From NCBI GenBank assembly GCA_000320545.1, contig ADNK01003345.1, forward strand, positions 18,985 through 82,984: 64,000 bases of DNA. The letters are read 5' to 3'. Shown one piece after another: positions 54,760 through 64,000 of this stretch (its first letter is position 1; every line of letters starts with the position of its first letter). The DNA is from Bigelowiella natans CCMP2755. Lineage: Eukaryota > Protista > Cercozoa. Under the pieces are notes generated by a model that saw nothing but the letters and a program-made list of their open reading frames with translations, was not told where the DNA came from and searched no databases. The translations under genes were made by a program, and so were the position numbers.

Positions 54760-55785
54760 CCTAGGAGATGCATGGACGCGGGATGAGACGTTCAGAATGG
54801 GACTTCGAAAGTAGAGAGTTGTCACATAGTAGTAGTACTAGTAGTATGAATGGTGCTATTGTATGCTCCTGTTTTTTATTTGTTTTTTCCTTCTTTTTGT
54901 GCGTTTATCTATTCATTGTAAAGAACACTAGGCTTGAACATTGTAGAAGTACAGAATCATATTCTTCTTTTTGCTGTTTGTGTGTGTGAGTCGTATGTGT
55001 GTACGATGACGACTAGTGATGATGATGATGAGGATGATAATGATTATGATATGGTTCCCCTATGTTCAGATTGCACTGGATCGCCATACAATTTCCTTGC
55101 CGCGTTCGAATAACAAGTATTACTTACAACATTACTAATATCAATTATCATCAACATCACCATCTTCATCATCATTCATTGTAGTGATTTATTGAAGGAG
55201 ATCTAATCTGTTTACTAAATAAACAATATTGTGTCCCATAATACCTCCTAGTCTGACAGGGTGTTCTTATCGGTCGTAAACGACTAATTATTAGAAATAA
55301 TGAAACATATTCTACAATTATTGCTACTACTGCTTCTTTCTACCGAATTATCTTTTGTCTGTTGTCGTCCATTTTGTAATTGTGCTATACTGTATTAATC
55401 ACTTCTTTTCTTCTTCTTCTCCTTACTATTATTATTATCATTATTATTATTATCATCGACAGACTACTCGATACGTACAAGACCAGATGAGCAAGCAGGG
55501 TATGACCAACAGCGTGAAAATAAAGATGATTGAAATGATGATGATGATGATGATGCTGTGTATTATTATACGATATATTGAGGAGGTGATGCTTTACAGT
55601 ATCTTCTACCATTTCATCACTACAACGAATTTCAAAAACGTCATCATCATCATCCTCATCTACATCATCATGATCATCTACATCATCATCATCCTTATCA
55701 TTGCTATCATATACAATCTTCATTTTCTCTTTGTTTCGATTGCAGAGCTACTGGTCCTCGATCATGGTTTCTGCAAGGTTCACAG

Positions 55786-55820
<35 letters not shown>

Positions 55821-55966
55821 ATGAAAGTAGGAGGAGGAGGAGGAGGAGGAGGAGGAGGAGGAGGGCATCGAATGGTGGTAGTGGTACTAGTAGAAAGTTA
55901 CTGCAGATGGTCCTACTAATCTCCTTCACTGGCTCCTTATATGTCATCATCATTATCTTACTACTG

Positions 55967-55997
<31 letters not shown>

Positions 55998-56669
55998 ATA
56001 ATAATAATAATAATACAAAGGAGGAGGAGGTGATGATGATGATGATAGCCCAACAACCAAGAGTTGGGGTCATCATCGTAATCATTATCATACACCTCCT
56101 TGGACTCTACTTCATTCAGAAAAAGATGCCAAAAAGTGGAGGTAGATTTCTTTTTCATATGAGAATGATAATAATATTATAACAGTATTTTTCCTACTTG
56201 GCACCACTATCATCATCATCAGCAGCATCATCATCACCATCGCTGCTCTCACCATCATAATCGTCATTACATCATCATCGTTATCAGTATAATATTTTCT
56301 CTTACATATGTATTCAGATATCCTGGAAAGGTTCGTGATGAAGTACCTGGAGAAATTAGGTAGTAGTAGTAGTGGTAGTAAATAAGTAGCAGTAGTATTT
56401 GTACCGTATTCTACATTTTATTTGTACAATAAATATACACTAAAATTTCCTTCTATCCTATTTTCTTTCTCTTCTCCTCACTTCGTTCATCAGAGACTTT
56501 GATATATCAAAAAGTAGCGGCCAGTACAATATTTATCGGTAGTGATGATTTGTTTATGTAGAAAGTTATTCCTTCATCTATGATCAAGATAATATTAATC
56601 AATCACATCATCCTCGGCTTAATCCATCGACTTAGCTCTCCTGATCAACGGATACGAGTATACCTATTT

Positions 56670-56701
<32 letters not shown>

Positions 56702-57285
56702 TTTTACTATTTATATTTACGATGTTTAGATGGGTCTTTGTCAGAGGATTTACAAAGGAGAAATTTCGACTTTCCATTTCGCAATTAAGGTTTTGTTTCT
56801 AGCATGAGGCTAAGAAGAAGAAGAATTAGATGTTGGGGAGGGGGAGGAGAAGGTGGTGTTAGGCGACTGCTGAGTCTACTAATGCATTCGTGAGGAGGAT
56901 GCTGTGTTGTCGTCGTTGTCGTTGTACACTTGGCTTTCAGTTTGAACGATTTCCTTTCCTCCTCATTCTTATGAGTATCCATCAGTAAATATGTGATGTT
57001 GAGAACAACAAACAGCTATCCATTTGTGCTTATAAATGCTCATATGCTTTTAATTGTCATAATTCTATGTTACCACAATTGATTATTCTAGGTTGCAAGG
57101 ATTCACATACAATCAGGAATGCTGCATTATAGAGTGTTTAGATATTTATTTGGGTAATTGTATTAATTATAACATGTTGTAATTTTGGAAACCAATGAGC
57201 TTTGTTGTACTTGTTCTGAGAATGTTTCACCACTGCTACTATGCTGATGGTAACGACCTGCATATATAGGCGCAGTATCAATATG

Positions 57286-57325
<40 letters not shown>

Positions 57326-58107
57326 GAATATGGCTATTAGCTATCCTACTGCTGTTAAGATTGCTAAATCCACCGTCATTGCGATGATGAAAGAATAACG
57401 ATGTCGACTGATCTAATAATAACATTACAGGAGAGGAAGCGAAACATCGTCATCATGCTGAAGAAGAAGCATCTTCCTCAGAAGTAATAGCACATAATAC
57501 TCCTTACTGCTGCGAGGATGATGATTCTGGTACTACTACTACTACTACTACTACTCAAGTGAGGATTGGAAGAATACAAAATTAAGAACATACGCTGATG
57601 ATCATTACAATGTGATAATGATTGCTATTCTTTCCTCACATGTCGTTGGTATAATTCTCAAAGAATATCTGCGTAAGCAGCTGAAATGTGAACAGCGTTA
57701 ATATTAATGTCTTTTCCGATGGTTTTGATCATGAATTTATGTCGCGAACAGCAGATGAGAACAGCATAGAAGGAGATCACACAAGTTTGATAACAGGCTC
57801 TACTACGACAACACGGATGACTACACCGATAATTGGAGGTGCTGTTAATGACATTGTGAGAAGAGATCACGATGATAGTTTGGATAGTGAGATCATTGGT
57901 AAGACTACTTCTGAGGTCAGAACAGAAGATGAAACTTCGAATGATGTGAACGAACCACAGCACTACGACAACCACTTGGCTTCTTCGCTGAGAGAGTTGA
58001 GCACTACGACATGCCACAACATTGATGATTTGAAAAGGCCAGTAGGAGAGGTTCCATCTCAATCTGAATTTGATTCTTTGTCTCACCTTGTGTTGACATA
58101 CATTTGA
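54760..58107 (+). CDS. Exons encoding a second discoidin/F5-8 type C-like domain and a probable terminal exon; either a continuation of the exonuclease gene or a separate gene
   Basis: In-phase GT-AG exons 55070-55116, 55463-55499 and 55746 onward give LHWIAIQFPCRVRITNYSIRTRPDEQAGATGPRSWFLQG. Further exons give WTLLHSEKDAKKWRYPG..VPGEIRDFDIS..FRLSISQL, paralleling the first domain. ORF 57688-58107 may be the last exon. Confidence 0.6.
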
Positions 58108-58119
58108 TCTACAACTTGA

Positions 58120-59063
58120 CGAGACAGGAAAATGTCTTGGCAATTCTGTGGCACACCATTGTTCTCTGAGCGTTTTTGCTTGAGTTGCATGCCCAGCATG
58201 TGTGACATTGCAAATCAAACACAAGCTAACAAGGCATTGCCACTTGTGCGTTGTGTTCACGACAAATCGGATGTGACTTCTGCGCAAAATCAAAATTGCG
58301 AAGAGCACATTGCTTGCGAATGAATCCATCGCCGAGCAAAAAACCTGGTGCGCACTTGTGACTGCTCCCATCAAGCACGATGCAAAGACAAAAAAGGAGC
58401 GCAGGGTTGGGGTTGAAGTTGCAAATGCACGATGTTGACAAAGATGATGATGTTGGTGACAATGATGATCACGATGACGATCATGATGTGGAAAATCGTG
58501 AAATCCAGCCAGAGTTGTCCAACAAGTGACAGTGATGTCACTTCTTGTGCACTCCACAACAGCTTCTTCTTCTGCAATGCCTTCTTCTTCTTTTCAACAT
58601 CAAAGGGGTGATGACACTGCAGACTGATCCTTCTTGGTGGAGAATTCAAGTTCAAGGAAACACGGACGACGATGATGATGTCTCTGGCAGTGCTTCACAA
58701 GAAAACGAGCGAACGACGGAAGAAGAAGGTGCAGGAGGAAAACATCACCAGCAAGCTTCAGCGTCACCACCACCCTCATCATCACCATCGTCAGGAAACC
58801 TCCCTCCCAGAAAAGGCGGTGCGTCGTGGCCAGCAACAGCGACGATTCGTGCACAACGTGTGAATCAAGTCTCAACGACATTCGTCTTGATTGCTGACAT
58901 CGCCACATTGCCATCATCCTCATCATTGCCACCACCATTGCTGCTGCTGTGTTGCCACTGCTGCCACTTGCCAACAAGGCGACCGACTCGCTGCACCTGA
59001 AGTGAGGTCTCCATTGGAGGTGAAACCACTGCCACTGCTTCCACTGCGACTTCAGTTTGCATG

Positions 59064-59115
<52 letters not shown>

Positions 59116-62100
59116 GGTTCGTCGTGTCGCTCATCCTTTTTCATCGTGCATGGAAAAAGTTGGCATCACTTGATTCCTCAAGGTTCTCCGGGGCTCTGGG
59201 GCTGTGAACACAACCAGGATCATCAACGAAATGCCCAGCGCATCGAGAGAGATTCTTGAGCTTGGAGAGTGGAGCACGCGCATCCCAACACCTTGAAGAA
59301 GAGACACTGCTGCTGCCACTTCTGCTGCTGCCACTGCCACCACTGCCACTTTGCAGACACACGATGAAGAACAAAAGACACGATCTTCTTGCGGATCAAG
59401 AGCAAGTTGTCAGTTCATTGCGACAATCATGACAGCGCAACGCTGCGATCATCACCACAACGTGGACACAACGTGTGGCAGCAAGTTCGCAGCAGCATCA
59501 AGTCACACACGTGTGGGTGAAAGCACGATGCATGCGATGATGGATGTGATGAACGATCAAAACCATGAAATTGCAACAAGTCGACAGCAGACAAAGCACA
59601 CAACAACGCACATCACGACGTTGTGCAATCACGCGCAAGCAGTCTTTCACGTGTGTCAATTGGTGCAATCTTGCACTTCATTGCACCCGCATTGTGCAGA
59701 TGTGGCAACGTCTGAGACGTGTGTGTGTGCGCGCATGCCAGCATGCCATCGTGTGTGGATTCGCATGTTGCATGTCCATCACTTGATGAAAGCAGGGTTA
59801 CACGTTGCTCGCGCGCACGCTGGAATGCGCGCAGGGCACATTGTCAGCCAGACTGGCAGAACGTGCACGTGCACAATGACACTGCCAAGTGCATCACGGG
59901 AGCGCGGCCACAGCACAAGTGGAGATCAGCGTCATTCTTCATTCAATGACAAGCTTCGCAAGTTTGCGCACGTGACAATGGCACTCATCGCACAGTGCCA
60001 ATGTGAGTGTGCAACAACGTGGCTGCTGCCATTGCCACGAGTGGTCATCCAGCGACGAACCGTCACGTTTCGCACAATCGCATCACCACGTTGTTTTCGT
60101 GCAATCCAAGCAACTGTCAACGATTCAACAACAGGCAAAACAGGTGATGACTCAACAATCAACACACGTCCTGTGCTTGCCGACCTCCGGAAAAATTGCA
60201 CAAAAACAATTCGTCATGCCAGCACACGTGCACGTGCACACCTCCGCTGCATTGCACAGCCAACAACACATTGGGATGACCATTGAAAAAGTTTGAACAC
60301 TTCGTTGCATCCGTCTCACACACAAGAGACAAACAGGTGCAACTTGAGCGCTGCAGCCGCTGCGTTGCACAGCCACATTGGGATGACCATTGAAAAAATT
60401 TGAACTCTTCATTGCATCCGTCTCACACATCAGCCAATGGCCAGAAGAGAAGACTGACTGGGGCTCCTCCTCGTGGCAGCAATGCAGACAAAAAACGTCC
60501 TGCGTGTGACACTGAAAGCACAACCTTCGTGTGACCAAAGACAAAGCACCCTTCTGGCCTTCTTGGCGGGGGAGGGGGTGGATTTGAGCCCTTGGATTTT
60601 CGCAAAAAGGGCGATGGCGACGGGGACTCATCCGCTGTTTGAGACAAAAGATTGCGATCAGAGTGAGAGTTGTTGCAAGTGCCAATCTTGCACAAATCGA
60701 CAGGACAACATGTCAATGAGAAAGCAAACCCATGGTAGCCGTGCAGATGAAGACGTTGAGAACTGCAAGTGCGTTGTGGCAGATCTGATGATGCACTTCC
60801 TTCCACCTTCTCCTCCAGACCACTGTTTGTCCACGGTGGCCATTGCAAGCATCCCACCTTCCACAAACAGATCAGTTGTGTTGCAATTGTTGTCAACATT
60901 CATGAAGAGGATTTCTAGATGTGTCCGGCATGCATTTGGTGCTGACATTCCACAAACAGATCGGTTGTGTTGTGATTGTTGTCATCATTCATCGGCTTTT
61001 CGATCGAACCACCCTCGCAGGATCCTTCAAGTTGAGGGATTGGGGTTGTCGCAGAACAAAAACATCCTGTGATTCTTCTTGTGCGCGTTGGTGCACTCAA
61101 AACTCATCACTCACACTCATTCTTGTTGCACACACAAGTGCTTTGCTTCCTTTGCTTGCGTGCTGCTCAAGATGAAAAGATCGAAGCACACAAAGGAGGA
61201 ATGCACAGGGAGAACAAAGAGATCAAGATTGCACGAAGCCGCACAGGTCATTGGTGAGAGGTGTTCGTGGTGGGGTCTGGACTGGTGAAGCACAGGCCCT
61301 CATCGGCTTCCATCATGAGCAGATGGCGAGAAAATGAAAACATGCGACTGTTCCTTCGTTTCTGTTCTCATGCCAATGAGCATCAATCATTTGGAGAGCC
61401 ACTTTGAGATGGATGAAATCCGCATTTCACCTCTGGATCACAGGAAATGGATGAGCACACAAGAGAGGCAGCTACGCAAGACAAGGACGATGTGCAATGA
61501 AGAGATGACACATCGTGTTCTGAAAAGCCATGGTGTTGCTGTGGTTGATGTGATGATGCTGCTGACAAAATGTGCCAGAATTGCAAGGATGCTGCTGTCA
61601 TGACACCATTTCATTGATGTGATCCATTTTCATTTCTGGATTGGAATGACCGCAAAGCAGCAGTTGATGGTGGCGAAGGATCCATGGTGCAAGATGTTCC
61701 GCAAGATTTTTGAGGCTGATCAGGGAAGTGAAGTGCATTTCATGCATTGTTGCGGGTTGGTGGCGAATGACAAAATGAAGGGAAGGTTGCAGTGCATTCG
61801 ACTTTTTTCTCCCCTTGAAAATGGTGTTGATGGGAGGTGGATGATGCGGAGCAAGGTTGCAAAACTGAATCAAACAACACACCTGGCTCGATTCCGGTCA
61901 ACTGATTGAAACACAATTCACATGTGACATCAATGCATTGAAATGTTTTTGAATGATCAGGAAACGACCGGAAAAGTGAGCAGTGCAATTTTGTTCATGG
62001 AGAAAGCCACACTGCCACTGCGTTCCATGAGAATTCTCTCCATTCCTGTCTTTCTTTGAACCACCATCGCCTCATCTCAACATTTTCAAACAAATCGTGA

Positions 62101-63870
62101 TTGATGGCAGGGCCACGACGAAGGAAAGGACCTTGAAGATTGGTCAAAGGATGAAGTGAAAGCGTGGTTAGGATTCTTGCAAAACAAGGGGGAGTTCGAA
62201 TTCAAAATCGAGAAAGTTGCTTGCCCGGGAGAATTTTTTGCTGCGATGACCAAAGCAGACCTGTTGAGACGTGCACCGAGCTGCGGGGACCACATCTCCA
62301 ATGCGAAAGAGGCGCTTCTCAGCAAGCAAAAAGGTGGTGTGCATGCTAGCTCAACAGACGTCTCACGCGTGTTCTCTGTTGCATGCTTTGTCATCGATCG
62401 ATGTGGAACAATGCCCACAGATGTTGCACGCAAACATCCAAGAGAATTCATTTTCATGGATGCGCACATGAGTGAGTGTGCATGTCAGCTCAACAATCGT
62501 CTCACGCCATTTGTGCAACACATGCAACATGATCATCATCTCTCAATTTCGTTTTCTCAATTTTGGTGTTGCATTGCAAGAGTTTCAATGGACTGTGACC
62601 TTGAGCACATTGTGTTGCAAGATTTCACAAATGATGGCCTTCATTTTGTTTTGCAATTGTCAGCACCTTCTTCTCCCGAAAGACAACCTGGTGAACATCA
62701 ATCCCCTTGAAATTCTCCCTTGCGTCCAGTTCATGTGTGCGTTCACTGTCAATGGTGCCACACAACACTCACACATGCACATGTGGCAAATTCAAATTTG
62801 ATTTTGTTTCAGCAAAACGCCCTTTCGAAATTCACAGACCGACAGAAACGAAAGTCGAATTGGGAGAGCTCACACTGGAGGGGGGAAACAATCAGGAGAT
62901 TGGATGTGCAGAAGAAATGAAGGAGGGAGATTTTTTCCATGTCGACGGAATGATTCACGCAGGTTTGAAGGAAAAGCAGTTGAGCAAAGAAGCCGATGAC
63001 AGAGTGTTGCTGCATCTACGCGCTGAGGGTTGTCAACACTTGAGGAGGCTCGAAGAAGTGGAAGGTGGAAATGCACTTCTTGTGGATGGACCCAAAGGAT
63101 CTGGAAAATCTGTGACATCTTGGACTTGGGCAAGGCCAAAAGCAAAACAGGGGAAATCTGTGTTGTGGATGCACGTGGATGATTTTGCGACTTCTCATGT
63201 TGCGATTTTGAAGCTTTTCAAGGATGACATTCGACGTGTCTGTTTCGGAGATGAACCAATTGAGTTTCAGCAACTCGTCAAAAGCGATCACGTGCTTGAT
63301 GCTCCCGAGGACATCATCATCTTGGACGGATTCCACAGGAAAGACCATGAGGAAATTTTGACACAGTTGTGGGACACCATTGATGATCTCGCACCAACTC
63401 GGATCAGCATCGTTGTTTCGTCAATGACGGCTACCTTTTCTGCACAAGAATTGAAGATGGCCCGTGCCAAGAAACATCGCATGGCATCTTGGACATTCAA
63501 GGAGTGCAAGGAGGTTGTTGAAAACAGGGCATTTCATCGACAAGTGGAATCAAAATTGGGAGGTCATGGTGACAAGAACGCCAAGTTGTTGCACAAATTT
63601 TGCTGCTCAGGCATTTCTGCCCGTTTTGCTTTTCATTTTGCGGTTGAAGAAGTGAAGGAAGAGATCAAAAGGGGTGCGATGAGCGTTGGAAATTTGTCAG
63701 ACACAGCAGAAGGAAGTGTGACTTCAGCAAATGAAAATGCAGTGAATGCACTGTGCGGAGGAGTGCGATCACCAAGTGGGGAAGCACGAGATGTCTTCGT
63801 GAGTCAATGTGCTCATGGACCAATTTTTTCCGATCAGGGTCAGGATCTAGGTTGAAACCACAACCGCGTT
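58120..63870. other. TpA-depleted subtelomeric block 3
   Basis: Manual count finds 10 TA in ~5.75 kb where several hundred would be expected from base composition. None of the ORF-track proteins I read wholly within this block contains Tyr. Confidence 0.95.
62110..63855 (+). pseudogene. Crinkler/RHS-like spliced gene: SAM/Pointed-like header plus P-loop NTPase, hypermutated and truncated at the telomere
   Basis: Exon ~62110-62333 encodes LEDWSKDEVKAWLG..MTKADLLRRAPSCGD (SAM/PNT-like). A micro-exon lies at ~62664-62690. Exon 62813-63855 has Walker A ALLVDGPKGSGKS, Walker B IIILDG, and SWTFKEC, KFCCSGISARFAF and VSQCA, which become CRN-like SWTFKEY, KFYYSGISARF and VSQYA when C is read back to Y. 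The family call is pattern recognition, not a database hit. Confidence 0.7.
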
Positions 63871-63874
63871 CAGG

Positions 63875-63946
63875 TCAGGGTTGGGGTCAGGGTTGGGGTC
63901 AGGGTTGGGGTCAGGGTTGGGGTCAGGGTTGGGGTCAGGGTTGGGG
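63875..63946 (+). repeat. Proximal telomere-variant array (TCAGGG TTGGGG) x6
   Basis: Six exact 12-bp dimers read directly from the sequence. Confidence 0.97.
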
Positions 63947-64000
63947 TTAGGGTTAGGGTTAGGGTTAGGGTTAGGGTTAGGGTTAGGGTTAGGGTTAGGT
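63947..64000 (+). repeat. Telomere (TTAGGG)n; chromosome end
   Basis: Eight perfect TTAGGG units plus a terminal TTAGGT, G-rich strand pointing to the window end. Confidence 0.97.

Larger units (their letters stand above)
1..58000. repeat. Pervasive di- and trinucleotide microsatellites, (CA)n, (TA)n, (CT)n, (TAG)n, (GAT)n, (GGA)n and (AAC)n, in introns and exons
   Basis: Directly visible throughout. In exons they encode poly-S/E/D/T/H/N/G runs. They are scarce in POLD3 and RPS18. Confidence 0.95.

Noticed and set aside
1-58000. Most short ORFs in the six-frame track (poly-I/V/L/M/S/H)
   Set aside because: They are alternative frames or antisense readings of trinucleotide microsatellites with no domain content.
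58401-58418. Telomere-like motif CAGGGTTGGGGTTGAAG as an old chromosome end
   Set aside because: Only about two degenerate units, which could arise by chance.
58120-63870. Dense overlapping ORFs on both strands, suggesting overlapping or viral genes (also in 21.7-23.3 and 31.7-32.9 kb)
   Set aside because: Loss of TA removes TAA and TAG, leaving only TGA, so long ORFs arise by chance.
58120-63870. Classical RIP or CpG-methylation decay as the cause of CA/TG richness
   Set aside because: RIP increases TA, and CpG decay depletes CG. Here TA is lost and CG is abundant.

Overview
This is the terminal 64 kb of a chromosome from an intron-rich, microsatellite-saturated eukaryote, probably a protist; I cannot place the taxon from sequence alone. 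The window ends in (TTAGGG)n. Manual splicing recovers, in order: DNA polymerase zeta catalytic subunit REV3 (+, 5' end outside the window), its convergent neighbour POLD3/Pol32 (-), an F-box/LRR gene (-), an Asp/Asn beta-hydroxylase (LpxO-like) gene (-), RPS18 (+), a BT1 folate/biopterin transporter (-), an alpha-kinase (+), a small unidentified gene (-), a WRN-type 3'-5' exonuclease followed by two discoidin-like domains (+), and a Crinkler-like P-loop NTPase gene cut off at the telomere. The standout signal is a sequence-context-specific erasure of TpA dinucleotides (TA->CA or TG, sometimes CG), the opposite direction to fungal RIP. It is near-complete in three blocks (21.7-23.25, 31.7-32.9 and 58.1-63.9 kb), partial in gaps between convergent genes, and absent from divergent promoters. 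Surviving TA sites are almost all CTAG, CTA or TAG. The same change explains a tyrosine-free NTPase ORF, degenerate (CTA)n microsatellites, and the proximal telomere variants TCAGGG and TTGGGG. All counts and exon boundaries are manual and need computational confirmation.
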